From contig CAMYNN010000006.1 in assembly GCA_947259735.1 (NCBI GenBank), positions 4,998 through 68,997 of the forward strand: a DNA stretch of 64,000 bases, given 5' to 3'. The translations under genes were made by a program, and so were the position numbers. A model generated the notes under the pieces. That model ran no database searches. It was not told the DNA's origin and worked only from the letters and a program-made list of their open reading frames with translations. This stretch comes from Thermodesulfovibrionia bacterium. Its GTDB lineage: Bacteria; Nitrospirota; Thermodesulfovibrionia; UBA6902. Shown one piece after another: positions 35,710 to 45,457 of this stretch (within the stretch, counting starts at the first letter, position 1; each line of letters opens with the position of its first letter).

Positions 35710-38289
35710 CTACTTCCTTCTTTTGCTCTTCCCGGCGGTCTTTTTAAGGCTCTTTTTTACTGTCTTTGAGCCAGTCTTCGCGACTTTTCTTTTGACCTTT
35801 TTTGTGACAGTCTTTTTCGCTGCCTTCCCGGCAGGCTTCTTCACACTCTTTTTTACAGTTTTCGAACCGGTTTTCGCGACTTTCCTCCCGGCTTTCTTTG
35901 TGACGGTCTTTTTTGCTGCCTTCCCCGGGGTCTTCCTGCCGGCTATCTTCAGGGCGTTCTTCAATACTTCGTCCATTGTCTCCACCGGGATGAACGTCAT
36001 ATCTTTCTTGATATATTTGGGAATATCCTCAAGGTCTTTTTCATTCCTCTTGGGGATAATGACCTTGTTTATACCCATCCTCCTTGCAGCGAGGGTCTTT
36101 TCTTTTAACCCGCCGATTGGCAGTACGCTTCCCCGGAGAGTAACTTCGCCTGTCATCGCAATGCTTTTATAAACAGCCTTGCCTGTAAACACAGAGGCAA
36201 TCGCTGTAGCCATGGTGATACCTGCCGAGGGGCCGTCTTTCGGGATGGCACCGGCCGGGACATGTATGTGAATGTCATTATCGGAAAACATGGTATTGTT
36301 AATGCCGAGGGTTTTTGCCCTTGATCGAATGTAACTCAACGCAGCATGGGCTGACTCTTTCATGACGTCTCCGAGCTGCCCCGTGAGAGTCAGGCTGCCT
36401 TTCCCTTTCATGATCGTTGCTTCGATGTATATAATGTCCCCGCCTGTTTCTGTCCAGGCGAGTCCCGTTGAAAGACCGACCTCATCTTTCTTGATTTCTT
36501 CTTCGGGAAGGTACTTTGGCACGCCAAGATATTTTGAAAGGTTTGCCGAGGAAATGACGTATTTTTTGACTTTCCCTTCTGCAATTTTTCTCGCGACCTT
36601 CCGGCAGAGGTTGGCGATTTCCCGTTCAAGGTTTCTTACTCCTGCCTCACCTGTGTAATGAGTGATTACCTGCAGAAGTGCGCTCTCATTGATCTTTATG
36701 TTTGCGTCTGTAATGCCATGTTCCTCTAACTGTTTCGGGATTAAATAGTTTCTCGCTATCCCCACTTTTTCTTCCGCCGTATACCCGGAGAGGTAGAGCA
36801 CTTCCATCCTGTCTCTTAAGGGACCCGGAATGGGGTCCATCAGGTTTGCTGTCGTTATAAACATTACGTTGCTTAAATCATAGGGGACTCCGAGATAGTG
36901 GTCTGCAAAGGAGAAATTCTGCTCGGGATCCAGCACCTCAAGTAATGCAGATGCAGGATCACCTCTGAAATCCATGCCAATTTTGTCAACTTCATCGAGC
37001 ATGAAAACAGGGTTGTTTTTCCCCGCTGTCTTTATGCCCTGAATAACGCGGCCGGGCATAGCGCCCACATAGGTTCTCCTGTGACCCCTTATCTCGGCTT
37101 CATCTCTCATTCCTCCGAGGGACATCCTGTAAAATTCCCGTCCGAGTGCTCTTGCGATGGACTTCCCCAAAGATGTTTTACCCACTCCGGGCGGCCCCAC
37201 AAAGCAGAGGATGGGCCCTTTCATTTTGTCCTTCAGTTTTCTTACTCCAAGGTATTCAAGTATTCTTTCCTTGATTTTTTCGAGGTCGTAGTGGTCTTCA
37301 TCGAGAATCTTTTTGGCTCTCTTTATATCCAGGTTGTCCTTTGTGCTCTTTGCCCAGGGGATTTCAACAAGCCAGTCTATGTATGTACGTATTGTCCCCG
37401 CCTCGGCGCTGTCCTGATGCATTTTCTCGAGGCGGTTGATCTGTTTAAAGGCTTCTTTTTCTACCTTCTCCGGCATTTTCGCTTCTTCTATTTTCTTCCG
37501 CAGATCCAGTATTTCCTCGGTCTTCTCATCTATTTCACCGAGCTCTTTCTGTATGGCCTTTAACTGCTCACGCAGAAAGTATTCCCGCTGTGTCTTGTCT
37601 ATTTCGCCTTTGACATCGGACTGTATTTTTTGCTGGACCAGCAGCAGGTCGACTTCCCTGTTGAGAATTTCACTGATCTTTTTAAGCCTGATAATGGGGT
37701 CTGTTTCTTCAAGCAGTTCCTGGGCCTGCTCAGCCTTTAATCCGAGGTTTGATGCCACCAGGTCAGCAAGCCTTCCCGGTTCCTCTATATTTTCAATCAA
37801 AACTATAATATCGGGAAGGAATGATTTGCCCAGAGCAAGGGATTTGTCAACCAGTTCTTTTACATTGCGCATAAGCGCTTCTATTTCGAGAGACATCTCG
37901 GTCTGTTCCTGGTCAAGTACCTTTTCGATTTCTCCAATATAGTAAGGGTCTTCCTGATTGTATTTGAGAATCCTGGCTTTCGAAAGTCCCTGTACAAGAA
38001 TTTTCAAACGGCCATCGGGCAGTTTCAGCATTCTAAGAATTGTCCCTACGGTCCCTACGGTGTAAAGGTCATCTTTGGCAGGCGATTCAACATTCACATC
38101 CTTTTGAGAGACGAGCAGTATCAGTTTATTACTGTCCACTGCATTTTCAATTGCCTTAATTGATACATCTCTTCCCACAAATAGAGGGAGTATCATATAT
38201 GGGAAAATGACAACATCTCTTACAGGAAGAATTGGCAGGGCCGACGGGATTTCTATTTCTCGCTCTTCCTTTATGTCAAATTCTGTCAT
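35710..38289 (-). CDS. lon: Lon protease (endopeptidase La) with a lysine-rich C-terminal extension
   Basis: 859 aa with a Lon N-domain, AAA+ domain (GPPGVGKTS) and protease domain (PKDGPSAG), plus an extra basic tail of about 75 aa. Confidence 0.97.
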   Translation of the reverse strand: MTEFDIKEEREIEIPSALPILPVRDVVIFPYMILPLFVGRDVSIKAIENAVDSNKLILLVSQKDVNVESPAKDDLYTVGTVGTILRMLKLPDGRLKILVQGLSKARILKYNQEDPYYIGEIEKVLDQEQTEMSLEIEALMRNVKELVDKSLALGKSFLPDIIVLIENIEEPGRLADLVASNLGLKAEQAQELLEETDPIIRLKKISEILNREVDLLLVQQKIQSDVKGEIDKTQREYFLREQLKAIQKELGEIDEKTEEILDLRKKIEEAKMPEKVEKEAFKQINRLEKMHQDSAEAGTIRTYIDWLVEIPWAKSTKDNLDIKRAKKILDEDHYDLEKIKERILEYLGVRKLKDKMKGPILCFVGPPGVGKTSLGKSIARALGREFYRMSLGGMRDEAEIRGHRRTYVGAMPGRVIQGIKTAGKNNPVFMLDEVDKIGMDFRGDPASALLEVLDPEQNFSFADHYLGVPYDLSNVMFITTANLMDPIPGPLRDRMEVLYLSGYTAEEKVGIARNYLIPKQLEEHGITDANIKINESALLQVITHYTGEAGVRNLEREIANLCRKVARKIAEGKVKKYVISSANLSKYLGVPKYLPEEEIKKDEVGLSTGLAWTETGGDIIYIEATIMKGKGSLTLTGQLGDVMKESAHAALSYIRSRAKTLGINNTMFSDNDIHIHVPAGAIPKDGPSAGITMATAIASVFTGKAVYKSIAMTGEVTLRGSVLPIGGLKEKTLAARRMGINKVIIPKRNEKDLEDIPKYIKKDMTFIPVETMDEVLKNALKIAGRKTPGKAAKKTVTKKAGRKVAKTGSKTVKKSVKKPAGKAAKKTVTKKVKRKVAKTGSKTVKKSLKKTAGKSKRRK
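35734..35925 (-). repeat. Two tandem 96-nt (32-aa) coding repeats in the Lon tail
   Basis: [32 protein letters not shown] and [32 protein letters not shown]. Confidence 0.9.
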
Positions 38290-38572
38290 TCTATCTCCTT
38301 TTCAGAATTAATTTCTTCTTCAGTAATGTTGAGAATCCTCAATAAATTAAAAACATAGACTGAAAATCAATCATATTGTACCATGGAATCTGAGTTATTG
38401 AAAGAGGACAAGAAAAAAAGGAAAAAACTTTGATGCAACTCTATTAAGAGCCGTTTATTTGGAACGCAGGATCAAATGAAACTGCTATAAATACTGAAAA
38501 AAAGTCCCGATTATTGAATGCAGGGATAGAAGGCAATTCCTGAAAGAGAGGACGATTCACATCCCCTGTACA

Positions 38573-39436
38573 TTACAGAATTGAACTTTTGATAAATTCT
38601 TTTAAATCCCCGCCGATATCTTCTCTATCCAGCGCATATTTTAGAATTGCCTTGAGATAATTAAACGGATCTCCTGTTGTGAGCCATTCTCCATCTTCAA
38701 CTTCTCTGGCCAGAAACGTTCCTCCCCCCCTGACATAGGTACGAATAGCATCAACAATCCACAGTTCATCTCCTTTTCCGAGAGGAGTGCTCTTTAGAAT
38801 ATCAACAATGTCCTGATTTAAAATCATGCGGCCAAAATCAGCCAACTGCGACGGAGCATCTTCTACTGCAGGTTTCTCTATTATATCCTCTATCTCCATG
38901 GTGCCTTCCCGTAATTTGACAATTCCGTAACGGTCTACTTCCTCTTTCGGCACTTTCTGCACACCGATCATCAGGTTTCCGTCACGATCATAATCATCAA
39001 CCATCTGTTTTGCAAAGGGGACACGGGATTTTACAAGGTCATCGCCCCATATATAAACAAATGTTTCTCCTTCTACAAGACTTGCCGCTGATAATACGGG
39101 AGTTCCGTTTCCGTAGGGGCCTTTTTGCCGTATGTAAATGAAATTGGCCATATCAGCCACTTTTTTTACCTCTTTCAGCTTTTCCGTTTTCCCCGCTTTT
39201 TCCAGTTCATTGGCCAGAGCCCAGTTATGATCAAAGTGGTCTTCCAGTGGTTTTTTATCCCACTTCGTTACCAGGATCACATCTTCTATACCGGCTTCCA
39301 CCAGTTCTTCCACAACCAGTTGAATTATCGGTTTGTCCACAATCGGGAGCATTTCCTTCGGCATCGTCTTCGTGGCTGGTAAAAATCTTGTGCCCGACCC
39401 GGCTACTGCAATAACTGCTTTCTTTATTTTAGACAT
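38573..39436 (-). CDS. galU: UTP--glucose-1-phosphate uridylyltransferase
   Basis: KAVIAVAGSGTRFLPATKTMPKEMLPIVDKP is the hallmark N-terminus. Confidence 0.9.
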   Translation of the reverse strand: MSKIKKAVIAVAGSGTRFLPATKTMPKEMLPIVDKPIIQLVVEELVEAGIEDVILVTKWDKKPLEDHFDHNWALANELEKAGKTEKLKEVKKVADMANFIYIRQKGPYGNGTPVLSAASLVEGETFVYIWGDDLVKSRVPFAKQMVDDYDRDGNLMIGVQKVPKEEVDRYGIVKLREGTMEIEDIIEKPAVEDAPSQLADFGRMILNQDIVDILKSTPLGKGDELWIVDAIRTYVRGGGTFLAREVEDGEWLTTGDPFNYLKAILKYALDREDIGGDLKEFIKSSIL

Positions 39437-39684
39437 ACGGCGTGGACCCCCTTTAATCTATGTGTTCGAATTTCATGTTTATGACAGAAATTTCCCCCGG
39501 CTGATCACGTACAACAGAAAAGGGATGTTCATACTACAGACACTGTAGTTCTTTTATTTTAAAAGAGAACTGCAGATTATGCAATATTTCCGTGCAGATT
39601 TGACAAGAATCCTGAATAGACCGGCGTCACTCCGTCTGTCACTCAAAAGGGAGGTCCCGGAAACATATTACTGGCATGAGTTAA

Positions 39685-39713
39685 TTGACAAAAAGAGTAC
39701 AATCCCTTACATT
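39685..39713 (+). promoter_or_regulatory. Sigma-70-like promoter candidate TTGACA-N17-TACATT
   Basis: It lies about 40 nt upstream of the osmC-like start. Confidence 0.4.
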
Positions 39714-39751
39714 GTAATAGTTTTAGTATACTTTTGAGGAGGCTTATAATA

Positions 39752-40171
39752 ATGAAAAGCAGGGTGAAACTGGTTGAGGGTATGCAGTTTGTCGCGAGCG
39801 CAGAGTCAGGACACGCCGTTGTCATGGATGGGCCGGCTTCGGTCGGGGGGAATAATACGGGGTCAAAGCCTTCGGAACTGCTGCTTATGGCATTTGGCGG
39901 GTGCTCGGGAATGGATGTTATTTCAATACTGAGAAAGAAGAAACAGGATATTGTGAATTTTGAAATGAATGTAACCGGTGAGACAGCAGAAAAACATCCC
40001 CGTTTTTTTACGGACATTCATATTGAATATGTCCTTACGGGAAGAAACATTTCTGAAGAAGCGGTAAAAAGGGCAATTGAGCTGTCAATTGACAGATATT
40101 GTATGGTTGGGACAACCATCGGCAAAGGTGCAAACATAACCCACTCATACCGGATAATCCAGAGCGATTAA
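39752..40171 (+). CDS. OsmC/Ohr family peroxiredoxin-like protein
   Basis: ATG at 39752 follows a GAGGAGG SD. The two conserved Cys are present (FGGCSGMD, DRYCMV). Confidence 0.85.
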   Translation: MKSRVKLVEGMQFVASAESGHAVVMDGPASVGGNNTGSKPSELLLMAFGGCSGMDVISILRKKKQDIVNFEMNVTGETAEKHPRFFTDIHIEYVLTGRNISEEAVKRAIELSIDRYCMVGTTIGKGANITHSYRIIQSD

Positions 40172-40224
40172 GTGATTGGGTCCTCGCGGGCTTCGATTTT
40201 CCTCTGTGGTGTGTTAATTAGTGA

Positions 40225-40701
40225 ATGATGCCTACTCCAATTAATTCATTGCTGAAAAAAATACAACATGCAATAGCAACGCTCGGATTTGTCGGATACC
40301 TGCCCCATGCACCCGGGACGTTCGGTTCAGCCGCAGGTTTTCTTTTCGTACTGATCATAAAACCCGAAGATTTCACTCTCCTGATAATAATCGCTTTTTT
40401 ATTTATTCTGGGAACGGCTGCTTCACAGAGTACGGAAAAACTTCTCGGAAAAGACAGCGGACATATTGTGATTGATGAGTTGTGCGGATATTTGATTTCA
40501 GTTCTGTTTGTACCGAAATCCTTCGGCTTTCTCCTTGCAGCCTTCTTATTGTTCAGGGTATTTGACATTTTCAAGCCTCCACCGATACGGTCAATTGAAA
40601 GGGGCCTGCCAGGAGGTGCGGGGATTATGCTGGATGATGTCCTTGCAGGAATGTACGCAAATGTGTCCCTGCAATTATTGAAATTCCTGTTTGTTCATTA
40701 A
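40225..40701 (+). CDS. pgpA: Phosphatidylglycerophosphatase A
   Basis: GYLPHAPGTFGS, DELCGY and FRVFDIFKPPP motifs. Confidence 0.85.
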   Translation: MMPTPINSLLKKIQHAIATLGFVGYLPHAPGTFGSAAGFLFVLIIKPEDFTLLIIIAFLFILGTAASQSTEKLLGKDSGHIVIDELCGYLISVLFVPKSFGFLLAAFLLFRVFDIFKPPPIRSIERGLPGGAGIMLDDVLAGMYANVSLQLLKFLFVH

Positions 40702-40841
40702 TGAGAAAAATTCAGCCCTTTGCGTTTTGGTCAGAGACATTCGGGATTGCTGCCGGGAATCCGGGATTTTTGATTTAAGGCTATGGTATCCTAGTCTGAC
40801 TATCACGGGCAGGGTGATTTTTCTTAAGAATACACTGGACC

Positions 40842-41408
40842 TTGAGAAGTTTTATTGCCATAAAATTGCCTGAAACTGTTCAATCTTCCCTTGCTGAACT
40901 TCAGCTGGAACTGAAAAGTACGGGTGCACATATCAGGTGGGTAAAGCCTGAGAATATTCATCTTACATTGAAATTTCTCGGTGATACTGAAGAGAAAGCG
41001 GTCGATAGAATTATATCAGCATTACAGGGGACATGTAATACATTTGAGCCTTTTCGTCTTGAACTGAGAGGCGTTGGCCTTTTTCCGGGTGTTCGGTCAC
41101 CGAGAATAATCTGGGCGGGTGTGAGCTGCGGACCGGCTCTCACAAGCATCCAGAGTGATGTTGAAAAGGAGCTTTCTTTATTGGGATTTGAGAAAGAGAA
41201 CCGGAAGTTTATACCCCATCTGACCCTTGGCAGGTTTAAGTCTTCCCGGGGCCAAAAAACGATACAGAAAAAAGTAGATCACCTCAGAGACAGCTCCTGT
41301 GGGTTCGTGGATGTCACGTCTGTTTCCCTGATAAAAAGTGAACTCAGTCCAGCAGGCTCCAGGTACACGAGAATTGCAGAAATCCCATTGAATGGACCAG
41401 GCGTATAA
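40842..41408 (+). CDS. thpR: RNA 2',3'-cyclic phosphodiesterase (2H phosphoesterase, LigT/ThpR)
   Basis: Two HxT/S motifs (HLTLKFLG, HLTLGRF). Confidence 0.85.
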   Translation: MRSFIAIKLPETVQSSLAELQLELKSTGAHIRWVKPENIHLTLKFLGDTEEKAVDRIISALQGTCNTFEPFRLELRGVGLFPGVRSPRIIWAGVSCGPALTSIQSDVEKELSLLGFEKENRKFIPHLTLGRFKSSRGQKTIQKKVDHLRDSSCGFVDVTSVSLIKSELSPAGSRYTRIAEIPLNGPGV

Positions 41409-41465
41409 ACTAATAAGAAGTGAAAGCGTATTTTTTATATATTTGACAACGAATTATGGATTTTC

Positions 41466-41480
41466 ATGAGTAGTACTCAT
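41466..41480. promoter_or_regulatory. Perfect 15-bp palindrome ATGAGTAGTACTCAT upstream of recA (candidate SOS/LexA-type operator)
   Basis: 7-bp arms around a central G, about 58 nt upstream of the recA ATG. Confidence 0.35.
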
Positions 41481-41537
41481 TGTAATCAGCCTTACAGAAT
41501 TTAAAACGGGGATCATATAAATTTAGGAGGAAACATT

Positions 41538-42533
41538 ATGTCAGACAAAGATCGTACGAAAGCACTGGAGGTCGCAATAACGCAGATAGAGAAGCAGTTC
41601 GGCAAGGGGGCCATCATGAGGCTTGGCTCTGAAGGTGTTGTCGAGGTGCCTGCCATTTCGACTGGCTCTATCGGCCTGGATGCGGCACTGGGTATCGGTG
41701 GTTTCCCGCGAGGCAGGGTTGTTGAGATCTATGGTCCTGAATCTTCGGGAAAAACGACTCTTGCCCTCAGTGCTATTGCCCAGGCGCAGAAAGCAGGCGG
41801 GACAGCGGCCTTTATCGATGCGGAGCATGCCCTTGATGTATCCTATGCCGAGAAACTTGGAGTGAACGTCAGCGACCTCCTTATCAGCCAGCCTGACACC
41901 GGCGAACAGGGACTGGAAGTCACCGAAACGCTTGTTCGGAGCGGAGCCCTTGACATTATTGTAATTGACTCAGTTGCAGCCCTTGTTCCCCGGGCTGAGA
42001 TTGAGGGTGACATGGGCGACAGTCTGCCCGGCCTTCAGGCACGGCTCATGAGCCAGGCACTGAGAAAGCTCACTTCGGCGATTGCAAAGGGGCAGGCAAC
42101 GGTGATGTTTATTAACCAGATAAGGATGAAGATAGGAGTCATGTTCGGGAACCCTGAAACAACCACGGGAGGAAATGCACTGAAGTTCTATTCGTCGGTA
42201 CGGCTTGATATCAGGAGAATTGAACAGCTGAAAACTTCCCAGGAAGCGGTCGGGAACAGAGTAAGGGTCAAGGTAGTCAAAAATAAGGTCGCGCCTCCCT
42301 TTAAGCAGGCCGAGTTTGACATATACTTTAATGAAGGAATATCGCGGGCCGGTGAGCTTATCGATATCGGAATAGAGAAAAAAATAGTGGAACGGGCAGG
42401 CGCGTGGTATTCATACAACGGGAACAAAATTGGCCAGGGGAGAGAAAATACAAGGCAATACCTAAAGTCGAACCCTGAAATGGCCGATGAAATTGAAGCA
42501 AGGGTACTTGAGGAATATAATTTCAAAAGGTGA
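41538..42533 (+). CDS. recA: Recombinase A
   Basis: [15 protein letters not shown] and [16 protein letters not shown]; full-length canonical RecA. Confidence 0.98.
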   Translation: MSDKDRTKALEVAITQIEKQFGKGAIMRLGSEGVVEVPAISTGSIGLDAALGIGGFPRGRVVEIYGPESSGKTTLALSAIAQAQKAGGTAAFIDAEHALDVSYAEKLGVNVSDLLISQPDTGEQGLEVTETLVRSGALDIIVIDSVAALVPRAEIEGDMGDSLPGLQARLMSQALRKLTSAIAKGQATVMFINQIRMKIGVMFGNPETTTGGNALKFYSSVRLDIRRIEQLKTSQEAVGNRVRVKVVKNKVAPPFKQAEFDIYFNEGISRAGELIDIGIEKKIVERAGAWYSYNGNKIGQGRENTRQYLKSNPEMADEIEARVLEEYNFKR

Positions 42534-42536
42534 GAA

Positions 42537-43700
42537 ATGTTAGTAGAGATCGACGGGATACTGAAAAAAGCCGTTCAAAAAGGCGCATCTGATATTCATA
42601 TTAAAGCAGGCAGTTATCCGATTATCAGGATAAACGGAGAGCTGTCTGAAATGCGAAATGAAATAAAGGTTACCCCGGAAGATACATCCAATATTGCCAT
42701 GAGCGTTCTCATGGAGTCGCAATGGGAAGAGTTCAGCAAAAGCAACGACATTGATATTGCATACGGTGTTGCCGGGCTCGGACGGTTCAGGTGCAACTGT
42801 TACATGCAGAGAGGGACTGTCGGTTTAGTGTTCAGGTTTATTCCCACTGTTATTCCTGACATCGAAGAGTTGAGCCTGCCTGTGGTCCTGAAGAAGGTGG
42901 CCATGGAGCCAAGAGGGCTTGTTCTAGTAACAGGGACAACGGGGAGCGGTAAATCGACCACCCTTGCATCGATGATTGATTATATTAACTTAAACAAGTC
43001 TGTAAATATTATCACTATCGAAGACCCTGTTGAATTTCTGCACAAGGACAAAAAAAGCATAGTCAGCCAGAGAGAAGTAGGCACTGATACAGAAACATTT
43101 TCCAAGGCGCTGCGGGCAGCACTGAGACAGGACCCCGACGTAATTCTCGTCGGTGAAATGCGTGATTTTGAAACTATCAAGACAGCCCTTGACGCTGCGG
43201 AGACAGGGCATCTTGTGGTAAGTACATTGCACACTATCGATGCTGTTGAAACGATTAACAGGATTGTGTCAGTATTCCCTCCCTACCAGCACCACCAGGT
43301 GAGGGCGCAGCTTGCGTCTGTCCTGAGAGCAACCATATCGATGAGGCTCGTTCCGCAGGCGGAGAATAAAGGAATGGTACCTGCGGTGGAAGTACTTATA
43401 GCGACCGCTACAATAAGGGCCTGCATTGAAGACCCTGACAAGACGAAACTTATTCGTGATTACATAGCGGAAGGAACCAGTCAATACGGAATGCAGACAT
43501 TCGACCAGTCTCTCTTCGGTCTTTTCCAGAAAGACCTTATCACGTACGAGGAGGCGGTGAGCAGGGCGACGAACCCTGATGATTTTGCCCTCAGAGTAAA
43601 AGGGATAACGTCAACGAGAGATGTCTGGGGGGCAGGCGGTGATATTTCAAAAGACTCTGAAGACGAAAAGGGCCCGGAGATTGAAAGGTTCTCGGAGTGA
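42537..43700 (+). CDS. pilT: Type IV pilus retraction ATPase PilT family
   Basis: ASDIHI, GTTGSGKSTT, ILVGEMRD and HLVVSTLHT motifs. Confidence 0.9.
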   Translation: MLVEIDGILKKAVQKGASDIHIKAGSYPIIRINGELSEMRNEIKVTPEDTSNIAMSVLMESQWEEFSKSNDIDIAYGVAGLGRFRCNCYMQRGTVGLVFRFIPTVIPDIEELSLPVVLKKVAMEPRGLVLVTGTTGSGKSTTLASMIDYINLNKSVNIITIEDPVEFLHKDKKSIVSQREVGTDTETFSKALRAALRQDPDVILVGEMRDFETIKTALDAAETGHLVVSTLHTIDAVETINRIVSVFPPYQHHQVRAQLASVLRATISMRLVPQAENKGMVPAVEVLIATATIRACIEDPDKTKLIRDYIAEGTSQYGMQTFDQSLFGLFQKDLITYEEAVSRATNPDDFALRVKGITSTRDVWGAGGDISKDSEDEKGPEIERFSE

Positions 43701-44139
43701 CGCAAAAACCTATGCACTGAGGCTTCTCGGCTACCGCGCAAGAAGCAGAAAAGAGATGCTCGAACGGCTCAGGGGAAAAGGCTTTGAGAGCGATCAGATC
43801 AATACAGTAATCACATCCCTTGAAGATACCGGGCTCTTAAACGATAAAGTACTTTCCTCAGATCTCTTCCGATACGCCATAGAACGAAAATCCCTCGGCC
43901 GGCAGGGCATCAGAATGTTCCTTGCCAAACGGGGCATCGAAAAGGACCTCATTGAAAGCACTCTGTCAACCCATACGGATGAAGGGGATGAAAAGGCCGC
44001 TCTCGAATTTGCGGAAAGAAAACTGAAGACCCTGAAAAAACACCCTGACGATGTAGTGAAAAGAAGGCTCTGGGGGATGCTCCAGCGCAGGGGTTTTTCA
44101 GTGGGAGTGATCAGAAAGGTTATTGGGTTAGTAATATAG
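43621..44139 (+). CDS. recX: RecA regulator RecX (true start possibly TTG at 43681)
   Basis: AKTYALRLLGYRARSRKEMLERL.. and the three-helical-repeat pattern. The track start overlaps the pilT 3' end. Confidence 0.8.
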   Translation: MSGGQAVIFQKTLKTKRARRLKGSRSDAKTYALRLLGYRARSRKEMLERLRGKGFESDQINTVITSLEDTGLLNDKVLSSDLFRYAIERKSLGRQGIRMFLAKRGIEKDLIESTLSTHTDEGDEKAALEFAERKLKTLKKHPDDVVKRRLWGMLQRRGFSVGVIRKVIGLVI

Positions 44140-44161
44140 GATATTCTGCTCTATCTGCATT

Positions 44162-44767
44162 TTAAACTGACTGGTCTGATGCGGGTGCTGTCTCTGCGTA
44201 TTTCTCAAGAAAGGATACTATGGATTCAACATTCTCCAGGTTCTTGCCGTAATCTACAATTGTTGTCCACGAGCTTGGCCAGCTGGATACTTTTATTTCA
44301 GTACTCTCATCGCTGACCCTGTCTATGGCGTAAGAGATTGTGTCTCCCCAGGTCTTCCAGTTAACCGACGATTTTGCGATAATTATTCCCCGGGGAAGAT
44401 CTTTTTCCTGCGCAGTGCATCCCTTGACTGCACTCAGCGATTTCATGCACATATCGAATGTGCTGTCATAGGAGAGGGGCAGTCTGAGTTGACGCTCATG
44501 GCATGTCTCCAGTGTCTCTTTCGTGGCTTTTCCTGCAACTGCCGTTACGGCACGGCTGTGGAGAAAGCCTAATATGAAATACATGAGAAATCCGAAGAGC
44601 ATTCCGGCTGCCAGACCGCTTTTCAGTCCTACGGAAAAACCATAGAGGATTGAATAGAGTATTCCCGTGAATATGGCGAAGGGAATTCCATTTACGAGAA
44701 AGATCTTTACATTTCTGTTCATATCCTTATTCTTCGGCTTAATAGTCTTTATGCTGAAAAGGGGCAT
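44162..44767 (-). CDS. Hypothetical membrane protein
   Basis: Two predicted TM helices then a soluble domain. No family recognised. Confidence 0.55.
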   Translation of the reverse strand: MPLFSIKTIKPKNKDMNRNVKIFLVNGIPFAIFTGILYSILYGFSVGLKSGLAAGMLFGFLMYFILGFLHSRAVTAVAGKATKETLETCHERQLRLPLSYDSTFDMCMKSLSAVKGCTAQEKDLPRGIIIAKSSVNWKTWGDTISYAIDRVSDESTEIKVSSWPSSWTTIVDYGKNLENVESIVSFLEKYAETAPASDQSV

Positions 44768-44812
44768 CGGAACCAGCGTGAAGTTATCCTGAATCCCATT
44801 CGTGATGCAATC

Positions 44813-45298
44813 TCAGATAGTTGTGCAGGCGTCATTTGAATAATCACTTTCACTTCCGGACAAGTCATATGCGGTAACAGCAAAACACCATGAGCCGGGC
44901 GACAGTTTACCAATTGATGCAGTTGTTGCGGAGCCTACATTTATAGAGTAGTTGTAACGGACGTCATCGCTTTTACCGTAGTATACGATAAATCCCCCGA
45001 GGTCAGTTAATGAGGACCCATCGGCATTGGTTGCCGGTGGATACCATGATATGCTTACAGATCCGCTGTAGACCGGAGTCGAATCTTCTTTACGCAATTG
45101 TTTTTTTTGGATGGTATTACTTTTTTTTACGCGCGCTTTGCCTGTACTGTGCCCACTTCCTCCACCTCCGCAACCAATAGCTGTCATGGCAAGTAAAAGA
45201 ACAGCACCAATCGTGAGAATTCCTTTTGCCCTCGGCTTTGTATTCGACGTCTTAATGAGCCAGTCTCCTGAATCCCCATATAAATTTTCGCAAGCCAA
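44813..45298 (-). CDS. Putative lipoprotein with fibronectin type III-like domain
   Basis: LLLAMTAIGC lipobox. The C-terminal SISWYPPATNADGSSLTDLGGFIVYYG..FAVTAYD pattern is FN3-like. Confidence 0.55.
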   Translation of the reverse strand: MACENLYGDSGDWLIKTSNTKPRAKGILTIGAVLLLAMTAIGCGGGGSGHSTGKARVKKSNTIQKKQLRKEDSTPVYSGSVSISWYPPATNADGSSLTDLGGFIVYYGKSDDVRYNYSINVGSATTASIGKLSPGSWCFAVTAYDLSGSESDYSNDACTTI

Positions 45299-45457
45299 CG
45301 CACGTAATGTACCACAAAGGTTATTCTCTATTCAACTACTTCAATTGAATTGCAGGTTATCACAAGAGACTGCGGGTATTTTCTATGTGCATCCAATGGG
45401 TTGTATGGTAAAGACCCCCTGAGCCATCATGGTGAGTGTCCTGCATAGGGAGGAAGA

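Noticed and set aside
35549-36172. 207-aa plus-strand ORF with repeated hydrophobic [12 protein letters not shown] segments (looks like a repeat-containing membrane protein)
   Set aside because: It is the antisense shadow of the Lon C-terminus and its lysine-rich repeat (AAG/AAA codons read as CTT/TTT), and the Lon frame has overwhelming homology support.
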